A program made the position numbers and the translations under genes. The notes beneath the pieces were generated by a model. The model did not search any database. It was not told the DNA's origin and worked only from the letters and a program-made list of their open reading frames with translations. Positions 18,973-29,701 of a stretch of DNA of 64,000 nucleotides are shown here, one piece after another; within the stretch, counting starts at the first letter, position 1, and each line of letters begins with the position of its first letter. Source of the stretch: Candidatus Woesebacteria bacterium (lineage in GTDB: Bacteria; Patescibacteriota; Microgenomatia; UBA1400; UBA1396); contig CAVVNJ010000008.1 in assembly GCA_963749595.1 (NCBI GenBank), positions 107,241-171,240 on the forward strand, read 5' to 3'.

Positions 18973-19865
18973 AAAGTGGTCAGATTATACCGCTTTTCTT
19001 TTTCCATCTGACGGACCCAGGTGATCTGGCGCTTGGCATACTGGCGTTCTTGGTTGAACCAGAGCTGCTTGGTTTTCTCCAACGAAACCTTTTTTTCCAG
19101 ATAATCCCGCAGAAAACGGTAGCCGGTGGAGCTAAAGGCGGGTGTGGTCCAATCCGGATAGCGCTCGACCAGGCGCTGGGTCTCATCTAGTACCCCTGAT
19201 TGTAATCGACTTTCGATCCGACGCTGCAAATTAGTTTCGATTGTCTCCATGGGAAGAGAATGAATTATTAATGAGTATTCATCTGACTGGAGTAACGGTT
19301 TGGGCGCTTCAAAAATTGGAAAAGACGCGATTTCAATGGATCGGAGTAGTCGCCGTCGATTAGTCCGATCGGAAACGTTGAGAGCAGCAAATTTTTGCGG
19401 GTCGAGATTGGTAAGTTTGGTTTGTAAATCTTGAACGTTCAATTTTTCCAGTTCTTCCCTTAATTTGGGCAGGGTGGGAGTAAAAAGTGACGCCGGGGGA
19501 TCAATCAGGACCTTGGCGTAGGGCCAGGAGCCACCGACTAGGACCAAAGGTTTTTGTGCTTTCCGATGGCGGACAATGATCGGTTGGCAATACTCGTAAT
19601 AGTGTTTGATGGAAAACGGTTGCTGAGGGTCGATTAGATTAAAACCGTAGAGCGCTGGTTGGGCCGGATCGGATTGATATGAGCCGTCGGCTTGTGGCCG
19701 GTAATTTTCGGGAATATCTTGACCAGTGGCAATCGACATTCCTTGATAGATTTGGCGCGAGTCAAACGACAGTAGATCGGCGCCCTTATCTTGCGCCAAT
19801 TGCAACGCCCGCTCCGTTTTTCCGGAAGCAGTGGGTCCAAAAATAATCCAGCTGTGAAACATCAC
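18969..19865 (-). CDS. miaA: tRNA dimethylallyltransferase
   Basis: IIFGPTASGKTERALQLAQ P-loop, FDSRQIYQGMSIATGQ and the MiaA core. Confidence 0.85.
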   Translation of the reverse strand: MMFHSWIIFGPTASGKTERALQLAQDKGADLLSFDSRQIYQGMSIATGQDIPENYRPQADGSYQSDPAQPALYGFNLIDPQQPFSIKHYYEYCQPIIVRHRKAQKPLVLVGGSWPYAKVLIDPPASLFTPTLPKLREELEKLNVQDLQTKLTNLDPQKFAALNVSDRTNRRRLLRSIEIASFPIFEAPKPLLQSDEYSLIIHSLPMETIETNLQRRIESRLQSGVLDETQRLVERYPDWTTPAFSSTGYRFLRDYLEKKVSLEKTKQLWFNQERQYAKRQITWVRQMEKEKRYNLTTL

Positions 19866-19869
19866 CCTA

Positions 19870-20568
19870 TTATACGTTTATTTCATATCCCAAACCGTAG
19901 ATAGCAGAGAGGTTGACGTCTAACTGGCAAAGTCGATGACGAAGTCGCTGAATGGAAACGTGAATGATGGTTTCCGTGGGATCAGGCGTCAACCGCCAAT
20001 AGAAAGCGTACAGCTGATCGCGGGTGACCCGACCTTGATTGATCATGAATAATCGCAGGATTTGGGTATCCCGTGGACTAAGACGAATCATTCGTCGGCC
20101 GCGGCGTAGACAGCGGGCAGTCTCATTAAGTTTCAGTTCGCCAAAGGCTAGTTCCTCGTCATTATGGGTTGTTCCCCTACGAAGCAGGGCGCCTACTTGT
20201 GCGGTTAACTCATCCGGATGGAGGGGTTTGGGCAAGTAAGCGTCCGCCCCGTCTTGAAGGCCGCGGAGTTTTTCGGCCAGGGTGTCCCTGGTGCTGGTAA
20301 TACAGACTTTTGTATCCGGATTATCATGGCGAACAAAGTTGAGAATTTCTAAACCATCTCCATCGGGAAGTATGCGGTCTAGTACCACCACATCATACGG
20401 AGTACAGGATTCGGCCAGGTGGCAATAAGCTCCATTGAGCGTAGTAACTTGGTCGACTTGGTGAAAGCGCCGGAGCGAGCGGGCCAGACGGCTATTGAGT
20501 AACGAATCATCCTCCACCAGCAACAGGCGACCACGCATAACGGCGATTATAATCCCAATTATTACCAA
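19870..20568 (-). CDS. OmpR/PhoB-family response regulator
   Basis: Receiver (LLLVEDD...VVVLDRILPDGDG...TSTRDTLAEK...KPL) followed by a winged-helix trans_reg_C domain (LSPRDTQILRLFMINQGRVTRDQLYAFYW). Confidence 0.8.
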   Translation of the reverse strand: MVIIGIIIAVMRGRLLLVEDDSLLNSRLARSLRRFHQVDQVTTLNGAYCHLAESCTPYDVVVLDRILPDGDGLEILNFVRHDNPDTKVCITSTRDTLAEKLRGLQDGADAYLPKPLHPDELTAQVGALLRRGTTHNDEELAFGELKLNETARCLRRGRRMIRLSPRDTQILRLFMINQGRVTRDQLYAFYWRLTPDPTETIIHVSIQRLRHRLCQLDVNLSAIYGLGYEINV

Positions 20569-20572
20569 ATTA

Positions 20573-20905
20573 TTACGGTTTTAAGCGAATTAGGGTTTCG
20601 CCAGCCTGGTGAAGGCGCAGTTCATCCCGGGCGCGTTTTTCCAAATTAAAGCTGGCCGTTGCCGTGCGCACTTGTTCCTCCAGAATCAAAGTTTGTTTTT
20701 CAAGTTCTGTCACGCGGAATTCTTGCTCGGCCAAGGCTTGGCGGGACTGGTAAGAAAGCCAGAAAGTGCGCAGAGTTGAACCGGCCAAGATCAAAATAAT
20801 TAGGATCCAACCATATTTGAGCATAATTTGTATTATCGGCCTTTTCTTTTCGAAAATATTTTGTATAATACAGGCTAACATGATATGGACTGAATATCTA
20901 ACCAC
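20573..20905 (-). CDS. FtsB/DivIC-like septum-formation initiator (putative)
   Basis: Small bitopic protein: one TM helix, a coiled coil, and C-terminal FNLEKRARDELRLHQAGETLIRL resembling the FtsB YIEE.AR..LG...GE motif. Start codon uncertain. Confidence 0.45.
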   Translation of the reverse strand: MVRYSVHIMLACIIQNIFEKKRPIIQIMLKYGWILIILILAGSTLRTFWLSYQSRQALAEQEFRVTELEKQTLILEEQVRTATASFNLEKRARDELRLHQAGETLIRLKP

Positions 20906-21740
20906 CTATTCTGCTTGGCTGCGAAGCTTGGGCAAGGCTAATGCTACTGTTATTGCCTACGCCAAAGACGTGCAGCAGTTTTTGGAATACCTGACCCGGT
21001 TGGGCAAGACCGATCCCAAGCAGGTCGTATCTGAGGATTTTCAAAATTATCAAAATGAATTGGTAACCTTGCGTTATACCGACAAGTCGATTTCCCGCAA
21101 GTTGAATTCTCTGAAATCCTTTTTCCGCTACCTAAAGAATGAAAACATTGTGGCCGAAAACCCGATTCAAACGATCAATCATCCTAAGTATGAGGTTGCC
21201 CCGCCCAGGGTGCTGAGCCGGCTTGAATACCGGGCTCTCCGCGACGTTTGTAAAACCGACGTCCGAATGAGTGCCATTATTGAGTTGTTGCTGCAAACCG
21301 GCCTGCGCATCAGTGAGCTGGCGGCGCTGCGGGTTGGCGATATTGGCCTGAATAAAAAAGAAATGTATATCATTGCCCAGAATTCTCATCCCGACCGGAT
21401 CGTACCTCTAAACAAGTCGGCGATTGCGGCTATTAACGAGTACAGCAAAGTGCGCCCGCGCGCATCCGAGCCAACTTTCTTCCTGACGAAAAGCTGCCGT
21501 CCGTTCTTGGTCCGCAATATTCGCAGCGCGGTGGATCGTTATTTCCGTCTCGCTGGAATTAAAGACGCCAAAGTGAACGACCTACGTCACACTTTCATTG
21601 TTGAGCAGTTGAGTGCCGGTGTTCCCTTGGTTAACGTAAGTCAAATTGTTGGTCACAAGCGCCTATCCACTACCGAGCGCTACTTACAGCTTATTGACAT
21701 GAAGACTCTAAACGCGAATATTGTAATTCGCGAGCTCTAA
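20880..21740 (+). CDS. tyrosine site-specific recombinase (XerC/XerD family)
   Basis: MIWTEYL... N-terminal SAM-like domain; catalytic core with R...HxxR (LRHTF) and C-terminal GHKRLSTTERYLQL (catalytic Tyr). The track ORF begins at 20766 but the N-terminal extension overlaps ftsB; ATG start at about 20880. Confidence 0.8.
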   Translation: MIWTEYLTTYSAWLRSLGKANATVIAYAKDVQQFLEYLTRLGKTDPKQVVSEDFQNYQNELVTLRYTDKSISRKLNSLKSFFRYLKNENIVAENPIQTINHPKYEVAPPRVLSRLEYRALRDVCKTDVRMSAIIELLLQTGLRISELAALRVGDIGLNKKEMYIIAQNSHPDRIVPLNKSAIAAINEYSKVRPRASEPTFFLTKSCRPFLVRNIRSAVDRYFRLAGIKDAKVNDLRHTFIVEQLSAGVPLVNVSQIVGHKRLSTTERYLQLIDMKTLNANIVIREL

Positions 21741-22085
21741 ATGAAACCACTGATTACTTTTGCTGATTGGGAAAAATTAGATCTTCGATTAGGCACGATT
21801 TTGGCTGCTGACAATCCGGAGTGGTCGAGCAAGCTAATCGAGTTAAAAGTAGACCTGGGTCCAGAAGGTCAAAGAACCATTTATACCGGTTTGCGAAACT
21901 GGTATGCGCCGGAAGATTTTGTCGGCAAACAGGCCCTTTTCATTATTAATTTGCCGCCGAGGCCGATGGGACCTAGTGTAAGTGAAGGCATGCTCGTCTC
22001 ATTGTGTGATTCTTCCGATAGTAATTTAGCCCCGGTCGTGTTATTGTTTGCTGATGTCGCCCCAGCGGGTGTTTCCGCTTGTTAA
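21741..22085 (+). CDS. tRNA-binding domain protein (CsaA/EMAP-like OB fold)
   Basis: FADWEKLDLRLGTILAADNPEWSSKLIELKVDLGPEGQRTIYTGLRNWYAPEDFVGKQALFIINLPPRPMGPSVSEGMLV matches the Myf/CsaA tRNA-binding domain. Confidence 0.65.
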   Translation: MKPLITFADWEKLDLRLGTILAADNPEWSSKLIELKVDLGPEGQRTIYTGLRNWYAPEDFVGKQALFIINLPPRPMGPSVSEGMLVSLCDSSDSNLAPVVLLFADVAPAGVSAC

Positions 22086-22108
22086 GGCACTCGTCAAGGC
22101 AATAACTT

Positions 22109-24007
22109 ATGAATCAAAACGGAAAAAAACCGGAAAAATCCTCACGTCTTCCCCTGAAGAAAGTCGAGTTACAGGTCAACCTAAATCCCCGCCGGAGTAT
22201 CATCTGGTTGATTATTTTGTTGTTGTTCGTACCTTTTTTGATCTCGGTTTTTTTGGGAGCCGGCAACAATAAAGTACCGCTGTCTACTTTGCTCAGTGAT
22301 GTGCGGAGTGAAAAGATTCGCAAGGTTGAGATTGAAGGGGCTGATATTCAGATTGAGTATCAGGACGGGACCAGTAAGCAATCGCGTAAAGAAGGCAATC
22401 AGGATTTCGTTTCCCTGTTGAGCGAAGTCGGCGTAGATCCGACCAAGGTGGAGATTGAAGTTAAGGGCGTCACGGCCGCTTCAATGGTCTGGGAGTTGAT
22501 TATCAACTTCCTGCCTTTGGTCTTAATGGTGGCGTTTTTCTTCTTTCTTTTCCGCCAAGCCAGGGGCGCGCAAGGTGACATGATGGGTTTTGGTAAGAGC
22601 AAGGCCAAATTTTTCCTCAAGGGCAAGCAGGATGTCAAGTTTGCCGATGTTGGCGGTATGAAAGAGGCCAAACAGGAATTGGAAGAGGTGGTCGACTTTC
22701 TCAAGAATCCGAAGAAGTATCAAAAATTAGGGGCTCGGACGCCAAAGGGCGTGCTACTCGTGGGTCCCTCCGGTACCGGTAAGACTCTATTGGCGCGCGC
22801 CGTGGCTGGTGAGGCCGGGGTGCCATTTTTGTCGATCGCTGGTTCGGAGTTTATGGAAATGCTGGTCGGTGTGGGTGCGGCGCGCGCCAGAGATTTGTTC
22901 GCTACCGCCAAAAAAATTGCCCCTTCGATTATTTTTATCGACGAAATCGACGCCATTGGGCGCATGCGGGGAGCGGCTGGTGGTATGGGTGGCCATGATG
23001 AGCGGGAGCAAACTCTTAACCAGATTTTAGTCGAGATGGATGGTTTCGCCGCCAATGACAACGTGATTGTTTTGGCTGCTACCAACCGGGGTGATTTGCT
23101 CGATCCAGCCTTGACTCGTCCTGGTCGTTTTGACCGGCGGGTATCGGTTTCTCTGCCGGACATCGAAGAGCGGAAATTAATCCTCAAAATTCACTCCAGC
23201 AACAAACCGGTCGCAGCCGAGGTCAACTGGGATCTGATTGCCAAGCGCACGGTTGGTTTCTCCGGTGCTGACTTGGAGAACATGTTGAACGAGGCGGCAA
23301 TTTTGGTTGCCCGGGAAGACCGGGATAAAATTATTGCGACTGATTTGGAAGAGGCGGCTCTCAAGGTGAAGCTAGGTCCGTCCAAGAAGCGTTTGCAGAG
23401 TGAGCTGGAACGCAAGATGACCGCCTATCATGAGGTTGGACATGCGATCGTGGCTCACTTTTTACCGCATGCTGATCGGGTACACCGGATCTCGATTGTT
23501 TCCCGCGGTCAGGCCCTTGGTTTTACCCTCACTCCCCCTGAAGGAGACAAGTATACCGAAACCAGGTCTGAACTAATGGCCGAGCTTTCCGTTCTCTTGG
23601 GTGGAAGAATCGCCGAGGATCATTTCTTTCATGAATTGACCGGCGGGGCCTCCAGTGACATCCAGCGGGCGACCGCTGTGGTGCGGGCGATGGTGATGGA
23701 TTTTGGGATGAGCAAATTAGGACCGCTCAATTTTGGGCCGCAGTATGACACGGTCAACTACGCCCGGGCGATAATGGAACCATATAAAATTTCCGACAAA
23801 TTGCAGTCCGAAGTAGATGCCGAGATGAGTCGCATTGTGGCCGAAGCGGAAGAAATTACGCGCCAACTGGTCAAAAAATACGAAAAGACCGTCCACAAAG
23901 TGGTGGATAAATTACTGGAAGTTGAAACTCTGGAGGCGGAGGAATTTGAATCTCTGGTTGGACAGCCCAAGTCGACCACTAAGGAGAAACATGAAGCGAC
24001 CGGTTGA
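22109..24007 (+). CDS. ftsH: ATP-dependent zinc metalloprotease FtsH
   Basis: N-terminal TM helices, Walker A GPSGTGKT, Walker [32 protein letters not shown], zinc motif HEVGHAI. Confidence 0.9.
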   Translation: MNQNGKKPEKSSRLPLKKVELQVNLNPRRSIIWLIILLLFVPFLISVFLGAGNNKVPLSTLLSDVRSEKIRKVEIEGADIQIEYQDGTSKQSRKEGNQDFVSLLSEVGVDPTKVEIEVKGVTAASMVWELIINFLPLVLMVAFFFFLFRQARGAQGDMMGFGKSKAKFFLKGKQDVKFADVGGMKEAKQELEEVVDFLKNPKKYQKLGARTPKGVLLVGPSGTGKTLLARAVAGEAGVPFLSIAGSEFMEMLVGVGAARARDLFATAKKIAPSIIFIDEIDAIGRMRGAAGGMGGHDEREQTLNQILVEMDGFAANDNVIVLAATNRGDLLDPALTRPGRFDRRVSVSLPDIEERKLILKIHSSNKPVAAEVNWDLIAKRTVGFSGADLENMLNEAAILVAREDRDKIIATDLEEAALKVKLGPSKKRLQSELERKMTAYHEVGHAIVAHFLPHADRVHRISIVSRGQALGFTLTPPEGDKYTETRSELMAELSVLLGGRIAEDHFFHELTGGASSDIQRATAVVRAMVMDFGMSKLGPLNFGPQYDTVNYARAIMEPYKISDKLQSEVDAEMSRIVAEAEEITRQLVKKYEKTVHKVVDKLLEVETLEAEEFESLVGQPKSTTKEKHEATG

Positions 24008-24422
24008 TCAGCTGCTGGCCCACCGCAGGATTCGCAAGTCTTTATTTATTGTCGTTGCCTTTTCAGTGGCGTTGGGCGTATTGATTGTTCCGGTTGAGCA
24101 AGGCAGCGGCAAGATTAGCACTCTGTCAGAGGGCTTCTATTGGGCAGTGATTACGATGGCCGGCGTTGGTTACGGCGACTTTGTGCCCGTTACGTTGATC
24201 GGAAGAATTATTGCGATGCTACTGTCAATTTCTGGTGTATTCATGCTGGGATTACTGGTCAGTTTGATCGCCGACGTGCTGAGCAAAAGACAAGAAGCAA
24301 TGTATTGGAATCGTAATTTTGATCGACTGGATGAATTGAGCGATCAGCTGTCCCAGTTGGAAAATAAATTACGGTATTTGGTTCGGGAAGAGGTGGATAA
24401 ACAACCGACCGATCGACCATAA
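23991..24422 (+). CDS. two-TM potassium channel (KcsA/Kch-like pore domain)
   Basis: MKRPVDQLL... two TM helices flanking a pore helix and the selectivity filter TMAGVGYGD. The start overlaps the ftsH stop by 17 nt in another frame. Confidence 0.6.
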   Translation: MKRPVDQLLAHRRIRKSLFIVVAFSVALGVLIVPVEQGSGKISTLSEGFYWAVITMAGVGYGDFVPVTLIGRIIAMLLSISGVFMLGLLVSLIADVLSKRQEAMYWNRNFDRLDELSDQLSQLENKLRYLVREEVDKQPTDRP

Positions 24423-24423
24423 T

Positions 24424-25434
24424 ATGCCGGTGCCGGAGCTGCGCGAATTAGATTTGGTCATCATTGATGCTTTCTCGCTGTTGTTTCGCGCTTTCCATGC
24501 TTTTCCTTTATCTTTAACTTCTCCGAGCGGAGAACTGACGAACGCGATTTATGGTTTTACCCGTCTGCTTATGGACGCTTTGCGAAAAATTGAACCAAAA
24601 TATCTCGTCGTGGCGACCGACAAAGGTCAGCCGACCTTTCGCCATCAAGCCTATGTTGAGTACAAAGCGAACCGTGAGGAAGCACCCCATGAATTGACCG
24701 GCCAGATAGACCGACTGTACGAAGTTTTGGCCGCTCTGAATATTCCAACCATCGGGGTGGTTGGCTATGAGGCGGATGACGTGATTGGTTCGCTGGCGCG
24801 GCGGCTGCGTGCGGAAAACCCTGAGCTTAAAGTTGGTATTTTGACCGGCGACCGCGATGCCTACCAATTGGTCGGCGAGAACATTTTTGTGATCGCTCCG
24901 CCGCGCCAGCGTCATGAGGAAGTCTCGGTGATCGGGGTGGAGGAAGTTTTTGCGCGGATGGGTGTCCGTCCAGATCAGGTGGTGGATTACAAGGCCCTCT
25001 GCGGGGACGCCTCGGACAACATTCCTGGCGTGAAAGGGATCGGCCCCAAAACTGCCGCGCAGCTGCTCGAGAAGTTCGGGTCGCTCCCCAGGATTTATGC
25101 CGGCCTCGCGCTGGCAGCTGGCCAGCCGGAAGAAATTGTCGGTTTACCTCTAACTGATGAGGAAAAACAGGAGCTAATCGCGTTGATAAAATCCCTGTCC
25201 CCGGGTGTGGTGACCAAGCTCGCTTCTGCTCAGGAAAGCGCTTGGTTATCACAAAAACTGGCGCAGATTGATACTGACGTGCCGCTGGAATTTACCCTGG
25301 AATCGGCCAGCCTGAGCGATTATGACAAAGCGAAGGCCTTGGACCTTTTCGACGAGCTTGGTTTCCAGTCATTAAAAAAACACCTGCCCAAAGACCGGTT
25401 CGAGGAAGCGGTGCAGGAAAGTTTATTTGGATAG
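24424..25434 (+). CDS. 5'-3' exonuclease (stand-alone Pol I N-terminal/FEN-like domain)
   Basis: LVIIDAFSLLFRAFHAF, GYEADDVIG, TGDRDAYQLV, LCGDASDNIPGVKGIGPKTAAQLL (H3TH). Confidence 0.85.
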   Translation: MPVPELRELDLVIIDAFSLLFRAFHAFPLSLTSPSGELTNAIYGFTRLLMDALRKIEPKYLVVATDKGQPTFRHQAYVEYKANREEAPHELTGQIDRLYEVLAALNIPTIGVVGYEADDVIGSLARRLRAENPELKVGILTGDRDAYQLVGENIFVIAPPRQRHEEVSVIGVEEVFARMGVRPDQVVDYKALCGDASDNIPGVKGIGPKTAAQLLEKFGSLPRIYAGLALAAGQPEEIVGLPLTDEEKQELIALIKSLSPGVVTKLASAQESAWLSQKLAQIDTDVPLEFTLESASLSDYDKAKALDLFDELGFQSLKKHLPKDRFEEAVQESLFG

Positions 25435-25440
25435 GAGAGT

Positions 25441-26409
25441 ATGGCTTTAGAACCAGGCATGACCATTGCTGACCGTTTTTTTCTAATTTCATTGGAGGAA
25501 AGGCCGACCAAAAAAGGCGATAAATTCTTCCTGATGCAACTGGCTCACGCTGACGGCAATATCGGCGGCAAGGTATGGTCCAACGCCATGCCGCAGGTCA
25601 AGGTCGAGCCGAATACGGTGGTTTATCTTGAGGGAAAAATCGAGGAGTACCAGGGGCAGAAATCAGTCGTCGTCAGCTCGGGGTATACCCTGCATGACGA
25701 GAATCCGGAAGAATTCTTGGCGCAGGTAAAATCAGTGCCGACCCTGGTTTTTGACATTGAAACCGTCGGCGTGCCGTTTGAGGAAATTGAGGAGCATTCG
25801 CAAAAATACCTGGTGGAAAGGTTGGAACGGGCTAAGACGGAGGAAGAAGTTGAGGCGGCCAAACAGAAGACCGGATTATATCCCTTGTTTGGCTACGTTG
25901 GTGCCATCGGCCTGTTGGACACGCGCAACAAAGGGGTCGTCTTACTATTGAATGAACAGCCCGTCGAAATGGAGGATGAGCGGTATCGTTGCGAGACTTT
26001 CGCAACAGAAAAGGAACTACTGGCCCGATTTTGGGAAATTGCCAAGAAATATCAACGTTTCGTCAGCTACAACGGGTTTGGCTTTGACTGGCCGTTTTTG
26101 GTTTTCCGCTCCGGAGTCAATCGCGTCAAGGTGACGTTGCCGATCCGTCAATGGAACAAGGACGAAAATAATATCGATCTGGCCGCGGAGATCCCGCCTA
26201 GCCGCACGATGTACCAGTTGGCTGAGGTGACCAAAGCGCTGGGCCTGAGCAATCCGAAAGAGGCGGGTGTCGACGGCAGTCAGGTGACGGAGTTTTTTGC
26301 CGCCGGCCGGCAAGCGGAGGTGGCGCAGTACGTGGCCCGCGACGTTGCCTCCACGCTGCAGTTGTATGATCTCTGGAAAACTTATTTGGCTGGCCGGGTC
26401 ATTCTCTAG
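25441..26409 (+). CDS. OB-fold + PolB-like 3'-5' exonuclease domain protein (YprB/COG3359-like)
   Basis: N-terminal OB-fold-like region, then Exo I FDIET, Exo II YNGFGFDWPFL, Exo III YVARDVAST (RNase H-fold exonuclease motifs). Confidence 0.55.
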   Translation: MALEPGMTIADRFFLISLEERPTKKGDKFFLMQLAHADGNIGGKVWSNAMPQVKVEPNTVVYLEGKIEEYQGQKSVVVSSGYTLHDENPEEFLAQVKSVPTLVFDIETVGVPFEEIEEHSQKYLVERLERAKTEEEVEAAKQKTGLYPLFGYVGAIGLLDTRNKGVVLLLNEQPVEMEDERYRCETFATEKELLARFWEIAKKYQRFVSYNGFGFDWPFLVFRSGVNRVKVTLPIRQWNKDENNIDLAAEIPPSRTMYQLAEVTKALGLSNPKEAGVDGSQVTEFFAAGRQAEVAQYVARDVASTLQLYDLWKTYLAGRVIL

Positions 26410-26410
26410 A

Positions 26411-26456
26411 AGGTCAGACCCTCAGCAAAGCTACCCCTGGAGGGTCAGACCTTCAG
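26411..26456. repeat. two direct copies of a short palindromic motif (AGGTCAGACCCTCAG / AGGGTCAGACCTTCAG)
   Basis: Seen directly in the 63-nt intergenic spacer between the exonuclease gene and ugd. The same GGGTC-A-GACCC core recurs as an inverted pair at 55696-55727. Confidence 0.4.
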
Positions 26457-26472
26457 CTGCTATGATTCTGGA

Positions 26473-27771
26473 ATGAACATCACCGTCATTGGCACCGGCT
26501 TTGTGGGCGTGGTGACCGCGGCCGTCCTGGCCTCATTCAAAAATAAGGTAATCGGTTTAGACATCGATGAAAATAAGATCGCCAAGTTGCGTCAGGGTAG
26601 GGTGCCCTTTTATGAACCTGGGCTGGAAGACTTGTTGAAGTTGACTCAAGCTGGTGATTATCTAGCCTTTACTACTTCCTATGAGGAGGCGATCAATGGG
26701 GCCGACGTGGTAATCATCGCCGTGGGCACGCCCTCCGCCCCAGATGGCACCGCCGACCTGACCTATGTCCAAAAAGCAGTCGAGTCGGCCGCTCCGCACC
26801 TGAAACCGGATGCGGTGGTTTGTGTAAAAAGCACGGTCCCGCCTGGAACCTTTGCCGATTTGCGGCCACGCGTCGCTGCCCAGACCCAAGTTCCGTTCGC
26901 CCTTGCCTCCTTGCCGGAGTTTCTGCGCGAGGGTACAGCGGTGCAAGACACGCTCCATCCTGACCGGATTGTCATTGGCTGTGATGACGCCCAAGCCCGG
27001 GAAACCCTGACCAAGATGCATGCCCCATTCCAGGCTCCAATGATCATGGTTTCTCCGGAAAGCGCGCAAATGGGTAAATACTCAGCGAACGCTTACTTGG
27101 CCACGCGAATTACCTTCATTAACCAGATCGCCGACCTGTGCGAGGAGAACGGCGCGGACGTCCAAGAGGTGATCAAGGTTATCGGTGAGGACAAGCGCAT
27201 AGGCAAGCACTACTGGTACCCTGGCTTGGGCTACGGCGGCTCCTGTTTTCCCAAGGACGTGCGGGAGTTAGCGGCCTACTCGCGGACGGTCGGCCACGGC
27301 AATAATTTGTTTAATAAAATCCATGAACTGAATGCCGACCGGATTTATGAAAAACTTGACGAGTTTGAGTCCATGGTTGGTAGTTGGGAGGGCAAGTCGG
27401 TGGCGGTCCTGGGTCTTTCGTTCAAGCCCAACACCGACGACCTGCGCGAGGCGCCCAGCACCAAGATCGTACCGCATTTGTTGCACAAGGGAGCCAAAGT
27501 CTTGGCACACGACCCAATGGCGCTGCCCGCGGCCCGGCAAGTACTGGATTCTCCGGAAGGTCTGACCTTCGTCGATAATCTGAAGGACGCTGTCGATCAA
27601 GCCGACGCGGTGTTGGTTGTCATTGAGTGGCCGGAGTACGTTGAGTATCCATTTGACCAGGTAGCTGGAAAGGGGCGCTTGTTCGTTGATGCCCGCAACC
27701 AATTCGATCCGGGCAAACTGGCGCGCGCCGGCTGGCGTTATGTCGGCCTGGGCCGGAGGGTAAAGCCATGA
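26473..27771 (+). CDS. ugd: UDP-glucose 6-dehydrogenase (UDP-glucose/GDP-mannose dehydrogenase family)
   Basis: MNITVIGTGFVGVVTAAVLA Rossmann motif, catalytic Cys region GGSCFPKDV, C-terminal UDP-binding domain. Confidence 0.8.
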   Translation: MNITVIGTGFVGVVTAAVLASFKNKVIGLDIDENKIAKLRQGRVPFYEPGLEDLLKLTQAGDYLAFTTSYEEAINGADVVIIAVGTPSAPDGTADLTYVQKAVESAAPHLKPDAVVCVKSTVPPGTFADLRPRVAAQTQVPFALASLPEFLREGTAVQDTLHPDRIVIGCDDAQARETLTKMHAPFQAPMIMVSPESAQMGKYSANAYLATRITFINQIADLCEENGADVQEVIKVIGEDKRIGKHYWYPGLGYGGSCFPKDVRELAAYSRTVGHGNNLFNKIHELNADRIYEKLDEFESMVGSWEGKSVAVLGLSFKPNTDDLREAPSTKIVPHLLHKGAKVLAHDPMALPAARQVLDSPEGLTFVDNLKDAVDQADAVLVVIEWPEYVEYPFDQVAGKGRLFVDARNQFDPGKLARAGWRYVGLGRRVKP

Positions 27772-28707
27772 AGCAGCCCCGCATCCTCATTACTGGCGCC
27801 GGTGGTTTTGTCGGCAGCCATTTGCTGGAATATTTGCAAGTCGCTGGGTTATGCCGAAATTTGGGGGACCAACTATTCCAGCGCACCGTGGTTGGAAGAA
27901 AAATTAGGACGCGAGCGGGTGCTGACCCTGAATCTGACCGACACGGACGCCGTTTTCCGCGCGGTTGAACGAATAAAGCCGGACTGGGTTATTCATCTGG
28001 CCGCCCTGGCATTTGTCGGCGACAGCTTTAATCGCGCCACCGAGGTGATGAACAACAACACGACCTTGCAGTACATTATGCTGGAGGCGGTGCGACGTTT
28101 CGTGCCCAAGGCGCGGATGCTGTCTATCGGCTCGGCGGCGGAGTACGGTTCGTTACCTGAAAATTTCGACAGCGCCAAGATCGGCGAGGATTTTCCGCTT
28201 TATCCCAACAATCCTTACGCCGTTTCCAAACTGACCCAGGATTTCTTGGCCCTGTCCTACCGTTTGGCCTACGCACATGGACGTCGTGCGGGTCCGGCCG
28301 TTTAACCAAATCGGTCCGCGCCAGACCGACCAGTTTGCCATCCCGGCTTTCGCCAAACAAATCGTGCGGGTGGAGCGCGGTGAACAGAGCGGAGATTCAG
28401 GTCGGCAACCTGGAAGCCGTGCGCGATTTCACCGACGTTCGCGATGCCGCGCGGGCGTATGAGTTGCTGACTGCGGGTCGGAACATCCGGGGACGTCTAT
28501 AACTTGGGATCAGGAAAAGGCGCGTCCATGCAGGCGGTGCTGGATAATTTGGTTTCCCTGGCCAGAGTCCGGTCAAGGTGGTCACCGATCCCGCTCGTTT
28601 ACGGCCGGTTGACGTTCCGGTCTTTGTCGCCGACAATCAAAAAATCAGCAACCCTTGGCTGGCAGCCGCGAATCACACTGGACAGAATCGTTGCGGGACG
28701 TACTTGA
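27768..28707 (+). pseudogene. NAD-dependent epimerase/reductase (GDP-4-keto-6-deoxy-D-mannose reductase-like), at least 5 frameshifts
   Basis: MKQPRILITGAGGFVGSHLLEYL (27768), then VIHLAALAFVGDS...YAVSKL (27802..28305 frame), FNQIGPRQTDQFAIPAFAKQI (28277..), NLGSGKGASMQAVLDNL and C-terminal LGWQPRITLDRIV (28504..28707), all in different frames. Confidence 0.6.
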
Positions 28708-28722
28708 ATACGAAAGGACATT

Positions 28723-29697
<975 letters not shown>

Positions 29698-29701
29698 AAA
29701 T

